From a virus, in the IMG/VR virus record IMGVR_UViG_3300030616_000250, positions 10,435 through 74,434 of that record: a stretch of DNA of 64,000 bases. One strand, given 5' to 3'. A program made the translations under genes and the position numbers. This document shows, one piece after another, positions 49,401 to 58,621 of the stretch (its first letter is position 1; each line of letters begins with the position of its first letter). Under the pieces are notes generated by a model. It was not told the DNA's origin. It saw nothing but the letters and a program-made list of their open reading frames with translations, and ran no database searches.

Positions 49401-52400
49401 GGTATAGACCACCTTCACTTGCACAACAATATCATTTAAAGAAACAAATAGCCCCTACTACTTTCAAAGAGTCTCTCACTGAAGTAGAAAAGAAAGTTTC
49501 CCCCGAACTATGGAAACGTAGTAAAATTACCTTTGCCGAACACTACGGCAACAAAGGACAGTACACTCTCAAAAAAGGAGACAAGGGAGCTATATGGTAT
49601 GACAAGGGACGGTTTAACATAGTAATCAATCCCGCCAATACCGCACAGGAAACAGCAACTACACTCTTCCACGAAATAGCAGGACACGCAGGGGCGGCGA
49701 ATGTTCTAAAGCAGAATCCTACTATAGCAAAAAGGATGAATTCCCTATATAAGCTGCAGAAAGACAGTGACCTTGTAAAAAAAATCCGTGAAGCCTATAA
49801 AGAAGAAATGGCAAAAGACCCCACCAAAGCCGAGGACTTGGTATACTCAGAATGGATAGCCTCTAACGTAGAACAGCACCTTGCCAATCCCAAGAAGCAG
49901 GGAGTAGCCTATCAGGTATGGAAGCATATTAAGAAGTTTCTTATCGACTTAGGAGTAGCGAAAGACAGCGTAGATGACGTTATAAACAGTATGGTAGGAG
50001 AGATACGAAAGGTTAAGGGGATTAAGGGAGAGGTAGCGGCGACGGTTGAATTGGCAAAAGATATTGAAAAGGCAAAGCCCAAGACAGAAACACCTGAGTT
50101 TAAAAAGTGGTTTGGGGAATCAAAGGTTAAGGATGAAAAGGGAAAGCCTTTGGTTGTATATCATGGGACAGATGAAGATTTTGATGTTTTTGACAAGAAT
50201 TTAAGAGGAAAAAATTTTGGCGACACAAAATCTAAGAAGGGTTGGTTTTTTACAGAGACAAAAGAAATGGCAAAGTCTTACGGGGAAAAACAAATTCCAT
50301 TATATTTAAGCGTAAAAAACCCACTTAAAATAGACGCAAAAAAAGTTCTAAAAACAGAGCGTGACTATTTGATTAAAAAGGGTGAGTTTGATGGAAGCTT
50401 TGATAAATTTGTGAAAGATTTTTTAGGTGAATTTGGCCCCTACGGATATGTTGAGCAAGCAATAAATAGCTACGTGGATTCCGCTATTGATGACAACAAA
50501 GATGGTGTTATTATTGATTTTGGTGATTTAGAAGACCCTGATTTTGGTAAACTTAAAAAGGTTATAATTGCCTTTGAACCCACTCAAATAAAATCCGCAA
50601 TAGGAAATGTGGGAACTTTCAAAGAAACTGAACCAAGCATTTTAAAAAAGAAAAAAATTAAAAAACCTATCAAGAGAAGAAAACCGAAACCCAAACCCAC
50701 CCCAGAACCTACAACTATGCTTGCAAAGGATATATCTACCAATAAAGTACCGGAAGAAACATTCTCTGAGAGATTTGTTCAAAAGTGGGTAGATAAACGA
50801 TACCGACTAAAGGTTCTGCAAGACATAATTACTCCTGATATTAGTGAGGATATGGATACTTATACAAAGGCGGAGTTAATAGATAGCAAGATAGAATCAA
50901 TGCTTGATGAGTTTGAAGATAATCACTTTAAACCTCTTAGAGAAAAACTTGTCAAAGCAGACATTCCCTTAGAGAAGTTTGAAGAATATCTGTATGCGAG
51001 ACATGCGAAAGAGCGGAACGCTTATATCAATAAAATCAATCCCGAATTCAGGGAAAAAGATATAGCAGGCTCAGGAATGGAAGATGTCGAAGCCGATGCC
51101 ATATTATCAGAAGTAAAAAAATCAGAAAAAGCAAACCAGTATAATGAGCTTGGAAAAATAGTTGATGATATTACTTCTCGCATAAGAAGAGTGCTTTTTG
51201 ATGCAGGGCTTATTGATGCAGAAACTAAAAAAGCTTGGGAGAATTATAAATATTATGTTCCGTTAAGAGGTATAGGTGAAGAAGAAACACGCATGAAAGT
51301 GGGGCGTGGTTTTGATATACGAGGAAAGGAATCAAAAAGGGCATTAGGAAGAAAGTCTAAAGCAAGAAACATTTTGTCTCATCTTGTAATTCAAATGAAT
51401 GAAGCTATTGTAAGAGCCAACAAAAACAAGGTGGGGCAAGTATTTCTAAGATATGTCCGTGAAAATCCCAATCCTGATTTGTGGGAAATAGATGAAGTTC
51501 AGATAAAACCAAAATTTAACGAGAACACGGGCGAAGTTGAGTACAAGGAAGAAAAGGTAAGGGTATATAAAGACCCTAAAACGGGCAAGCTTATTGAACC
51601 TATGTCGGTTAAGGTCGATGGTAAGGAATATCATATCACCATAAAGAATTTAGGGCTTGCCAAAGCTATGGTGAACATGGGCGCAGAAAAAGCTAACATA
51701 GTAGTACAAGTAACGGGATATGTAAATAGATATCTTGCCATGGTGAACACTTCTCTGTCGGCGGGGTTTATACCTACTAACTTTGGTAGAGATATACAAA
51801 CAGCACTAATAAATATAGCGGGTGAAAAAGAATTGTCTCTTAAAGAATCTATTAGTGTAGGGAAGGATATTGCTAAAAACTCAATAGTAAAAGCTATGCC
51901 CGCGGTGTGGAGTGTTGAGCGTGGAGGAAAAGAATCGGAATGGACTCAATGGTATAGAGAATTTAAACAAGAAGGGGGAAAGATAGGCTTTTTTGGTTTA
52001 AGGGGTATTGATAGAGTACAAAAAGAACTTGTGCAGGAAATATCATTGCTTAAACCAGGAAATAAAAATCAGATAAGAAAATATGCAAGAGCGTTAAAAC
52101 ATTTTGTATTAAATGCAAACGAAGCAGTTGAAAATGGTACTCGATTAGCTACATACGTAGCCATGAGAAAGCGTGGGGTATCTAAACAGAGAGCGGCAAG
52201 TATAGCTAAGAACATCACAGTAAATTTTAATAAAAAGGGTGAATATGGGGCTATGATGAATGCTTTTTACATCTTCTCTAATGCAAGCGTACAAGGTGTG
52301 GCGAGACTTTATAGAGCAATAAAACACCCAAGAGTGCGAAAGATAGTAGGTAGCATTACGGTAGGCTCATTTCTTTTAGCTCAAATGAACCGCTGGCTTG

Positions 52401-53455
52401 CAGGCGAAGATGACGATGACGAGAACTATTATGATAAGATACCGGACTGGATAAAAGAAAACAATATCATCATAATGAGACCGGGAATTAAGACGCTTGA
52501 CAAGGATGGTTTTTTAAACAGTATACATTATTTTAAGTTTCCCGTTCCTTATGGTTATAATATTTTTCATGCTTTGGGACAGGCGACAGATAAAGCTGTT
52601 CACAATAGAAATAAAGATAGTTTGCTTGAATCTGCGGCTATGGTAGGAAGTGCAATAGGGAATGCCTTTAATCCACTTGGAAGTTCGGCTTCGTGGCTTC
52701 AAACAATTACCCCAACAATAGGTAGGTGGGCAACAGACCTTTCTCTTAACAAGAATTTCTTTGGTGCGCCTATAATGAAGGAAGAAAAGTTCGGTGTGCC
52801 TAAAGCAAAAGCACATCAATATTTTAAATCTACTTCCGAACAAAGCAAGCAGATAGCTCAGACTTTAAACGATCTTACAGGTGGTTCAAAATATCAACCG
52901 GGAATGATAGATATTTCACCAGATTTAATGGATTATGTAGCTGAATATTTTACGGGCAGTGCAGGGAGACAGATTAATCAGCTAATTAGTGTAGCAAGCA
53001 AAGTCGCAACAAAGAAAGAAGTTTCTGTTCGTTCTATCCCTGTAGTGAGAAGATTTCTTGGTGAAGTGCCTGAGTTTCAAAACGTACAAACCTTCTATGA
53101 ACACTCTGACAAGCTAAAGGCTATACGTGCCGATTACAAGGAATATCTCAAAACCAATCCAAGAAAAGCAGCGGAAATCAGAGAAAAACAGAAGCCCAAA
53201 CTAAGGGTGACAATGAAGCAGCCGTTCTCTCCACAGTTTCTTAGAGTGGCTTATCCTAATTATTATGCCTCACTTAAACAGAAAAGGACTATACGCTCAA
53301 CCGAATTAAACATCATGCAGAAGGAGTTAAAAGAACTTAACAAGAGAAAAAAGCGTTTCGACGAACTCGGTAATCTCAGAAAGAAAAAGGAATACGAAGA
53401 CAAAATACAAGCTACTGTTAAACAATTTAACAAACGACTTGGAGGACTAAAATGA
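46472..53455 (+). CDS. large polyvalent (LPD38-type) internal virion protein with two ART-PolyVal-like domains and a zincin motif
   Basis: KPLYRG..G.HLT..NPL..YDGLI and KPLVVYHGT..GWFFT..NPL..DGVII..FEPTQIKS; HEIAGH; ITVNFNKKG, YIFSNASVQG, YDKIPDWIKENN, P.PYG C-terminus. Confidence 0.8.
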   Translation: MGIFDEFDKEFGFTTTEPSEDMFSQFDKEFGFTEEPTAAPAIQTEMPLEPATETTQIGTTAIQPAEPIEPEPRIFAPDTGQQIAEEIFTGKGAELEEPEPTPGIQPIRSLIEGVKQVPRQLAQYMKGSALASKGESEKYLEDSKRKAKEYKKKADEFRAKGDEKSASAWDRFARIQEDEVKKHTSDIGVFKEIDKASNYVVEAYQPDPEFKKATGLKGYVQDVIMIAPQITTQIAATAAGGPAAGVAFMGGQIAGGKYEQLVEQGVEPERALAAGITDAVLQAPLEQIGIGKVMSVWKPGKTASKVLKEIVEAGGTEFVTEWLQAYPEAITEIWAKSKGKSNQERAEQFVGDFWEVTKNGLYQGLVAFPLGAAGAGGGAAVTAQTQRQEALKRGDIVPEGFVKTEEGKVVRKEFVEKGLPALEEEVKAVSPEERRVREEKYEAEKAAEKAPPITEEEKPIVKKFEPYKPTEEELAKLPKPPPIEKTGIKEMPKEPPKPAPKKETLPPLKEEIESKPLYRGGISFETERPGIHLTPEKTTAEEFAKRTKGKVETYNVDIKNPLRTEDRQTALEEVFDKQKAKDIILGEYSKYPDAKKIYDEMGDQFDESLLEEKLLIPALKKKGYDGLILEVGQNEKPEVVVFSKEQLTPVKPLKEEIKEAIEPEKPVGEKDVTRYISDKHKDTEFLLHPSTEKVGNWQVTQMKDGDPHGHTIYPSKQEAIDAIHGKGKEPEIWGDDSWKIAEVVKPKAPEKPVEKPEKAKEPEKPLLAKGLQKYPNEIYEAIETSTGARFTKKEIDSWDFDEVRRDAEPGLEGGRDEFNKLVGKAPKEEKVDIKRKQYKNKLVSNVIKEHGTTENVGDIGFILTDGRAVKSEQRGIDHRQMALDALPEDTKITEPGEALDEFLDKTESIRVLNAGKALNIDIRTEPTDQQLNKIEKLADIAKEIYVDISEGKRKDSGSFNNKREFLKFVNSFYRGEGYRPPSLAQQYHLKKQIAPTTFKESLTEVEKKVSPELWKRSKITFAEHYGNKGQYTLKKGDKGAIWYDKGRFNIVINPANTAQETATTLFHEIAGHAGAANVLKQNPTIAKRMNSLYKLQKDSDLVKKIREAYKEEMAKDPTKAEDLVYSEWIASNVEQHLANPKKQGVAYQVWKHIKKFLIDLGVAKDSVDDVINSMVGEIRKVKGIKGEVAATVELAKDIEKAKPKTETPEFKKWFGESKVKDEKGKPLVVYHGTDEDFDVFDKNLRGKNFGDTKSKKGWFFTETKEMAKSYGEKQIPLYLSVKNPLKIDAKKVLKTERDYLIKKGEFDGSFDKFVKDFLGEFGPYGYVEQAINSYVDSAIDDNKDGVIIDFGDLEDPDFGKLKKVIIAFEPTQIKSAIGNVGTFKETEPSILKKKKIKKPIKRRKPKPKPTPEPTTMLAKDISTNKVPEETFSERFVQKWVDKRYRLKVLQDIITPDISEDMDTYTKAELIDSKIESMLDEFEDNHFKPLREKLVKADIPLEKFEEYLYARHAKERNAYINKINPEFREKDIAGSGMEDVEADAILSEVKKSEKANQYNELGKIVDDITSRIRRVLFDAGLIDAETKKAWENYKYYVPLRGIGEEETRMKVGRGFDIRGKESKRALGRKSKARNILSHLVIQMNEAIVRANKNKVGQVFLRYVRENPNPDLWEIDEVQIKPKFNENTGEVEYKEEKVRVYKDPKTGKLIEPMSVKVDGKEYHITIKNLGLAKAMVNMGAEKANIVVQVTGYVNRYLAMVNTSLSAGFIPTNFGRDIQTALINIAGEKELSLKESISVGKDIAKNSIVKAMPAVWSVERGGKESEWTQWYREFKQEGGKIGFFGLRGIDRVQKELVQEISLLKPGNKNQIRKYARALKHFVLNANEAVENGTRLATYVAMRKRGVSKQRAASIAKNITVNFNKKGEYGAMMNAFYIFSNASVQGVARLYRAIKHPRVRKIVGSITVGSFLLAQMNRWLAGEDDDDENYYDKIPDWIKENNIIIMRPGIKTLDKDGFLNSIHYFKFPVPYGYNIFHALGQATDKAVHNRNKDSLLESAAMVGSAIGNAFNPLGSSASWLQTITPTIGRWATDLSLNKNFFGAPIMKEEKFGVPKAKAHQYFKSTSEQSKQIAQTLNDLTGGSKYQPGMIDISPDLMDYVAEYFTGSAGRQINQLISVASKVATKKEVSVRSIPVVRRFLGEVPEFQNVQTFYEHSDKLKAIRADYKEYLKTNPRKAAEIREKQKPKLRVTMKQPFSPQFLRVAYPNYYASLKQKRTIRSTELNIMQKELKELNKRKKRFDELGNLRKKKEYEDKIQATVKQFNKRLGGLK

Positions 53456-53712
53456 AACTCATTAAAGACTGGGCTACTGTATTTATTACTATTACAGTAA
53501 TCGGTGGTGGGGTGGTATTCGGGTACGGCTCGCTAAACTCACGGGTAAAAGCTGCGGAAATACAAATAACCGAAATGAGAGAAGAATATCACGAAACTGT
53601 CCTCCGTATGGAAACAAAAATGGACAAGCTTACTATGCAGATAGCCGATGTAGACAGAAAGGTTGAGAGGCTTCTGGGATATAAAGAGGGAAGAAGGAAC
53701 GGAAATCCATAA
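53452..53712 (+). CDS. single-TM coiled-coil protein (holin-like candidate)
   Basis: N-terminal TM plus coiled coil at the end of the late operon. Confidence 0.45.
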   Translation: MKLIKDWATVFITITVIGGGVVFGYGSLNSRVKAAEIQITEMREEYHETVLRMETKMDKLTMQIADVDRKVERLLGYKEGRRNGNP

Positions 53713-53738
53713 TAATATATAGATATTCATTCTATAAT

Positions 53739-53764
53739 AGCCCTGCTCCGGCGGGGCTTTTTTT
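53739..53764 (+). terminator. intrinsic terminator ending the structural operon
   Basis: agccctgc-tccg-gcggggct followed by a T-tract. Confidence 0.9.
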
Positions 53765-53854
53765 GTTTTTTTAAAATATTTTGATACAATTCGGAAATTT
53801 TGTAGTATATTATAGACATGGATAATAATTATTTAAAAATTATTTATTTTTTAC

Positions 53855-53883
53855 TTGACTTTTATTTTTGCATAAGTTATACT
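53855..53883 (+). promoter_or_regulatory. sigma70-type early promoter
   Basis: TTGACT-17 nt-TATACT in an AT-rich intergenic region. Confidence 0.75.
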
Positions 53884-53912
53884 TATATAGAACTTAAAAT
53901 ACGGAGGTATAA

Positions 53913-54074
53913 ATGAAACAGTTTCATATCAACACTTCTAAAAAAGCAAGGGACGTAGTTAACGACGAGGTAAAGCGTAGAAACCGCTACGGCCTTGTCA
54001 AGCACACACAGGAATCGGTATCAAGCGAAATAATTTTGAAGTGGGAAGATAACCGCAAAAATGATGTTCAATAA
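53913..54074 (+). CDS. small putative DNA-binding protein (ribbon-helix-helix-like)
   Basis: 53 aa; GGAGG RBS; first gene after the promoter. Confidence 0.5.
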   Translation: MKQFHINTSKKARDVVNDEVKRRNRYGLVKHTQESVSSEIILKWEDNRKNDVQ

Positions 54075-54411
54075 TATAAACAAAAACAAAAAATTTGCTT
54101 TTATCTACGGGTTAAAACACCCTGATACTGGTAAGATTATTTATGTTGGAAAAACCTTTAATCCTATCCAAAGATATATTCAACATTCTTATTGTAAACA
54201 AACCAGCAAAATATCACGACTTTGGGGAAAACTAAAAGAAGATGGTAAAAATATGGTGTTATACATATTTGAAATGATTGAAAATAAAGGCAAAGAATAC
54301 GTTAAAGACAAAGAAAGATATTGGATAAAACAAATGGTAGAATCAGGTTGCATTTTGTTAAACAAGGTATATCCAAATGCAAGCAATCCAAATAAATCAC
54401 ATTCACTTTAA
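54061..54411 (+). CDS. GIY-YIG endonuclease
   Basis: FIYGL...IIYVGKT.NP..R..QH, E.YWI, LLN. Confidence 0.85.
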   Translation: MMFNNINKNKKFAFIYGLKHPDTGKIIYVGKTFNPIQRYIQHSYCKQTSKISRLWGKLKEDGKNMVLYIFEMIENKGKEYVKDKERYWIKQMVESGCILLNKVYPNASNPNKSHSL

Positions 54412-54426
54412 CAAAAGAACAAATAA

Positions 54427-54621
54427 ATGAGACACTGTAGAGACGGAGTAAACCGGCCTGAGATAGAGCAGCTATCCCCGCAGCCTACACAGCGTCAGCT
54501 TGGCAAGCAGGGGGATAAGAAGATGCGTATGAAGCGGGCAACGAAGTATGAGCCTGAGAGATTTGCAAAATACGACCCTACGCAAGAGTTTGACATACAA
54601 TCGTTTATTCAATCACTTTAA
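54427..54621 (+). CDS. hypothetical protein
   Basis: ORF in the operon. Confidence 0.45.
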   Translation: MRHCRDGVNRPEIEQLSPQPTQRQLGKQGDKKMRMKRATKYEPERFAKYDPTQEFDIQSFIQSL

Positions 54622-54635
54622 CAAGGAGTCATCAC

Positions 54636-54824
54636 ATGATACTACAAATCAACGAAGCAATAGAAAAGCTTGAGGATGCTATCAATATCCTTGAGGTACT
54701 TGTTGACCCTAATGATGAGCACGATATTTTTAAAGGTTTTCACATAAAGGATATTCAAAGTTGTGCCGATTATTTGAGACACGAAATAGCTTATGTTGAA
54801 ATAGATGAAATGATTAATTGCTAA
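54636..54824 (+). CDS. hypothetical protein
   Basis: AAGGAG RBS. Confidence 0.6.
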   Translation: MILQINEAIEKLEDAINILEVLVDPNDEHDIFKGFHIKDIQSCADYLRHEIAYVEIDEMINC

Positions 54825-54842
54825 ACTCACACTGGAGGAACA

Positions 54843-55100
54843 ATGTCATCACAACACTGGACACTGGATACAGCAAAAGAGAAGCTTGACCCAGCCGAAT
54901 TGCAAATGCTTGAAACCCATTATAAAATAGAGGGGCAGAAAGAAGCGGTTGAATACATACTTGAAGCTATTAGTAATATGATTGATATTGAAAATTCAGC
55001 TATGCCACGTCATATTTATTTATACGCACTTGAAAACGTACAGGAAGAAATTAATCGCAAGTATTCTCACCTATTCGATAAGGAGGTTGCCAATGCTTAG
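54843..55100 (+). CDS. hypothetical protein
   Basis: GGAGG RBS. Confidence 0.6.
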   Translation: MSSQHWTLDTAKEKLDPAELQMLETHYKIEGQKEAVEYILEAISNMIDIENSAMPRHIYLYALENVQEEINRKYSHLFDKEVANA

Positions 55101-55374
55101 TACACTCCAAAAACAAATGATAGGGGAAGCAAATCAGAAGTATAACGGAAAAATACTTCCAATAGGTGGAAAGCCTCAGCACGACGAACATAGTTTTACA
55201 GGATACCAACATCCCAACGGTACACGGTATGCATGGTTCTGGTTTGAGGATTTAAGCAAAAGTACACACGTTATCAGAAAACAAACATCTTGCCCTCAGT
55301 GTGGCGGGATGCTTAAATTTAATATGTCAAATGAACACGGGCACTGTACGACCTGTGAGAAAAGGGGTATTTAA
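55093..55374 (+). CDS. hypothetical protein with C-terminal zinc ribbon
   Basis: AGGAGG RBS; CPQCG...CTTC. Confidence 0.6.
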   Translation: MLSTLQKQMIGEANQKYNGKILPIGGKPQHDEHSFTGYQHPNGTRYAWFWFEDLSKSTHVIRKQTSCPQCGGMLKFNMSNEHGHCTTCEKRGI

Positions 55375-56012
55375 TGGAGTACACGGTAATTGATATTGAG
55401 ACCATGCCAAATGAGGAAATGATAGACAAACTGCCTGAGCCTATTGTGAAATATGGTAACACAAAAGATGAAGAAAAACGCAAGGTTATCTATGGGGATG
55501 CCAAACAAAAACAAATTGACAGCATGGCGCTCAATCCAATGTTTGGAAAGATTGCCTGTATTGGAACTTTTGTCAAAGAACCATATTGCATACTACATGA
55601 CGACGAAAAAAGCATGATCGAAATGTTTATAGAAGGCGTTTTAAATTTCGGCGGAAACAATAGCCCCAAAATAGCCACTTGGAACGGAATGGGTTTTGAT
55701 ATTCCTTTTGTTTATAAGCGAGCGCTCATTCTCGGTGTCAAGATTTCTCCACCTATGTCCTTCTGGATGAAACGCTACAATACCACCCCGCACTGTGATT
55801 TAATGCAGGTATGGGGAAACTGGCGGGACTATGAGAAGCTTGACACGGTTGCCAATGTACTTTTAGGTGAGGGGAAAATCGACTTTGATGTGACAACCAT
55901 AAAAGACCTTATCAAAACAGACGAGGGTAAGAATAAAATTTCTGAATATTGCAAGCGTGATCTGGAAGTAACGAAAAAGCTGTTTGACAAAATGAACGGT
56001 ATTTTATTTTAA
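55374..56012 (+). CDS. PolB-type 3'-5' exonuclease (RNase H-like, DEDD)
   Basis: IDIET, TWNGMGFDIPF, HCDLM, EYCKRD. Confidence 0.9.
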   Translation: MEYTVIDIETMPNEEMIDKLPEPIVKYGNTKDEEKRKVIYGDAKQKQIDSMALNPMFGKIACIGTFVKEPYCILHDDEKSMIEMFIEGVLNFGGNNSPKIATWNGMGFDIPFVYKRALILGVKISPPMSFWMKRYNTTPHCDLMQVWGNWRDYEKLDTVANVLLGEGKIDFDVTTIKDLIKTDEGKNKISEYCKRDLEVTKKLFDKMNGILF

Positions 56013-56023
56013 AAGGAGACAAT

Positions 56024-56521
56024 ATGTGGGTAACATTAACATCAGTAAATCGTGAGGAGAAGAAGTCAAAGAAAGGTAAACCATACACTCAGGTACAGAT
56101 TAAAACACACGAGCACCGGGACAGGTTGCTTACAAGTTTTCCCGATGACATTAACAAAAACTGGTGTGAGAACGACATTGTAAGTATAGTCGTTGAGGAT
56201 AAGGGATATAAGAATCTTAATTTCATAGCACAAGACCCAAAAAGCGAGGCAAAACCGATAGAGGAATATTCCCGTCCAACAAACCCAATAGAGAAAGGAA
56301 TAGAAGAAAGACACCACGATAGGCAGGACGGTATGGCACTTGGCAACGCAAAAACAAACGCTACGCAAATTTTAGTAGCATTGATAAATAAATCAAGCAA
56401 GGAGTTCGGGAAAGAAGAAATTAAAACCGTGTGGAATCGTTTAGTTGACCATATATTTTTCTATAAACCGGAAGAACTACCCTTTAAAGTAGACGACCCT
56501 GACGCACCACCGGAGTTCTAA
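56024..56521 (+). CDS. putative ssDNA-binding protein
   Basis: OB-like N-terminus (SKKGKPY), acidic C-terminal tail DDPDAPPEF. Confidence 0.45.
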   Translation: MWVTLTSVNREEKKSKKGKPYTQVQIKTHEHRDRLLTSFPDDINKNWCENDIVSIVVEDKGYKNLNFIAQDPKSEAKPIEEYSRPTNPIEKGIEERHHDRQDGMALGNAKTNATQILVALINKSSKEFGKEEIKTVWNRLVDHIFFYKPEELPFKVDDPDAPPEF

Positions 56522-56874
56522 TGCTAACATACAGAAGAAATAAATATCACTCAGACAGGTGTCGTTGTAATCAGGGGCACATGCACGACAGCAGGGGGGA
56601 AGCTGCTTACTGTAACGATCTGGAACTTAGAGTAAAGGCAGCCGATCTTGCTGAATACAAAACACAGGTAACATTTCCTTTGCACGGTAAAGACGGCAAA
56701 CACGTTTGTAATCACAGGGTAGATTTTCTATTAACCGACTTTGATGGAAAACAAGAAGTGCATGAATTTAAGGGATTCTCGACTGACTTGTGGAAACTAA
56801 AGAAAGCACTCTTTGAGCATGAGTATCCCGAAATACCATACATTGTAATTTATAACAAACGGGGAAGAAGATAG
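56521..56874 (+). CDS. DUF1064-family PD-(D/E)XK nuclease
   Basis: NKY, HDSRGEA, VDF, EFKG..T..WKLKKALF. Confidence 0.85.
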   Translation: MLTYRRNKYHSDRCRCNQGHMHDSRGEAAYCNDLELRVKAADLAEYKTQVTFPLHGKDGKHVCNHRVDFLLTDFDGKQEVHEFKGFSTDLWKLKKALFEHEYPEIPYIVIYNKRGRR

Positions 56875-56880
56875 AGGATT

Positions 56881-57078
56881 ATGAAAGTTAATCAATTTGA
56901 AATATCAGACAAAATGGACATAGACAAAAACAATTTGCCTGAATGGACATGGGATGATATTATCAGATTAGGTTTATTGGTAGCTAAAATACTAAGCCTA
57001 TCCAACGAGCGTATTTACAAAGGCTTATACTGGCTATCTCAAAAAAAAGTAAAGGAACTTATTTCATATAATCTGTAG
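56881..57078 (+). CDS. hypothetical protein
   Basis: ORF immediately before the cassette array. Confidence 0.5.
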   Translation: MKVNQFEISDKMDIDKNNLPEWTWDDIIRLGLLVAKILSLSNERIYKGLYWLSQKKVKELISYNL

Positions 57079-57126
57079 TTGAATGCAATTCCGTTGTCAA
57101 AACGATTATTATAAAGGAGAATTACT

Positions 57127-57438
57127 ATGGCCGTTCCCGAAGAAGTAAAACGGTGGATGATTGATAATAATATTTCTGTTGTTGATTTAAACTGGAAAGC
57201 TATGCGAGAAAGCGGAGTTGATTTTAAGGAAGTTTTAAAGTGGGAACTTGCTAATAAGCACCTCTTTAATTCTCCTAAAAGCTCTAAGGAAGCTGACAAC
57301 TCCACAGACATTCAACAGCCAAAGGCTGAAATTTCTTGTGATGATATAAACAGCTTTGATTCATTTGTCAAACGATGTGCAAATGACGACGAGTTAATTC
57401 TTTGGAACAAACTATACAAGAAACTGTCAGCCGTTTAG
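57127..57438 (+). CDS. cassette A1 hypothetical protein (reads through attC)
   Basis: AAGGAG RBS; stop lies in the right arm of attC. Confidence 0.65.
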   Translation: MAVPEEVKRWMIDNNISVVDLNWKAMRESGVDFKEVLKWELANKHLFNSPKSSKEADNSTDIQQPKAEISCDDINSFDSFVKRCANDDELILWNKLYKKLSAV

Positions 57439-57450
57439 CAAACGTTGTCG
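57310..57450 (+). repeat. attC-like site A1
   Basis: ATTCAAC agccaaaggctgaaatttcttgt...acaagaaactgtcagccgtttagcaaac GTTGTCG. Confidence 0.8.
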
Positions 57451-57477
57451 GAAACTTCACTTATGGGAGATTATTAT

Positions 57478-57726
57478 ATGAAAAATTTAAATCGATATTA
57501 TTTTCATCCAGACGGTATGCGTTTGGATATGGCGCAAGGTGACAATCAAAAGGGTAGGTGGGTTAAATTTTACGATCATGTGGAAGCATTGCGTTCCGCA
57601 TCCGACAACACAGACAGCCAGAAATGCCTTTGTACAACATGCGTTAGACGTAGAATAGGATGCTATCTTGAATATCTGCCAGAATGTAAATCATACGCTG
57701 AAGTATTAAGAGGTGATAAATTTTAG
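57478..57726 (+). CDS. cassette A2 hypothetical protein (paralog of A8 N-terminus)
   Basis: GGGAG RBS; KGRWVKF.DHV.ALRSASDN. Confidence 0.65.
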   Translation: MKNLNRYYFHPDGMRLDMAQGDNQKGRWVKFYDHVEALRSASDNTDSQKCLCTTCVRRRIGCYLEYLPECKSYAEVLRGDKF

Positions 57727-57764
57727 GCGTAGCGGCACATCTGGCGGTGTCTGAAACGTTAGGT
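57603..57764 (+). repeat. attC-like site A2
   Basis: CGACAAC acagacagccagaaatgcc...ggcacatctggcggtgtctgaaac GTTAGGT. Confidence 0.8.
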
Positions 57765-57803
57765 GGAAATTTTTTCTTTTTGAGATTATAGGAGAATTTG
57801 ACT

Positions 57804-58127
57804 ATGTGGATAAATGTAAAAGATAGTTTACCAGAAGAAGGTACATTGGTTATTGCGTCAAATGGATTGGCGTGGGGGTTTGCATTGTTTGAGGATGGCG
57901 ATTTTTGTTTTGAAGATTGGGTTATGGGCGTACCGACAGGTGATATAATCGAATGGATGGTTCCAGTGCCGTCAAATTCTCAGGAAAGTGGAAGCGAAAA
58001 AACTTCACCTAACACGACAAATACCGCCATTGCTTTGTTAGATGAATTTATTGAAGTGTATGAATCATGTGGAATATCATTAGAATTAGCAGAGTTTTAT
58101 GACAAGGTTTGTGAATGGAAAAAATAG
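57804..58127 (+). CDS. cassette A3 DUF551-like protein
   Basis: WINVKDSLPE...IEWM.P. Confidence 0.7.
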   Translation: MWINVKDSLPEEGTLVIASNGLAWGFALFEDGDFCFEDWVMGVPTGDIIEWMVPVPSNSQESGSEKTSPNTTNTAIALLDEFIEVYESCGISLELAEFYDKVCEWKK

Positions 58128-58158
58128 CGCAACAGCGGTAGTTTGCGGAACGTTGGGT
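58007..58158 (+). repeat. attC-like site A3
   Basis: ACCTAAC acgacaaataccgcc...gcggtagtttgcggaac GTTGGGT. Confidence 0.8.
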
Positions 58159-58192
58159 TTAATTCGCCTAAAAATTGTAAGGAGAATTGCTT

Positions 58193-58606
58193 ATGGATAA
58201 TAAACACGCTGGATGGCATCAAGGTTATTTCGTTGACCAACGTCAATATAAACGCATGCCAGAATCTTGGAAGGATGAGTGTAGACGTAAAGAACGGTTG
58301 TTAGTAAGACCATCATCACCTTTAGGTAATGCAATATGTAAATGTAACGAGCCTGAAATTGCTGAATGGATTGCAGAAAGGTTAAATCTTGCTGCTAAGT
58401 TGGAAAGCAATTCTCCTAAGAGTAATATTGAATCGGCGAACTCCGCCGAAGCGGCTAAACCCAACACAGACTATGCAAAATGTGCTGAGGAAATTATGAG
58501 GAATATATCAGATCGTAGAGGATACGATCTTTACTCGTGTGATGAGGATATTATCAATGACATTCGTTCTAGTATATCAAATATTATAGCAGCACACTTC
58601 GCATAA
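58193..58606 (+). CDS. cassette A4 hypothetical protein
   Basis: AAGGAG RBS; reads through attC. Confidence 0.65.
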   Translation: MDNKHAGWHQGYFVDQRQYKRMPESWKDECRRKERLLVRPSSPLGNAICKCNEPEIAEWIAERLNLAAKLESNSPKSNIESANSAEAAKPNTDYAKCAEEIMRNISDRRGYDLYSCDEDIINDIRSSISNIIAAHFA

Positions 58607-58621
58607 TCTGGAACGTTGGTT
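58459..58621 (+). repeat. attC-like site A4
   Basis: ACCCAAC acagactatgcaaaatgtgct...agcacacttcgcataatctggaac GTTGGTT. Confidence 0.85.

Noticed and set aside
54061-54625. Group I intron or mobile element around the GIY-YIG gene; TCACTTTAACAA repeat at ~54403 and ~54614
   Set aside because: No interrupted host gene or intron core is recognisable; the 12-bp repeat is too short to support a call.
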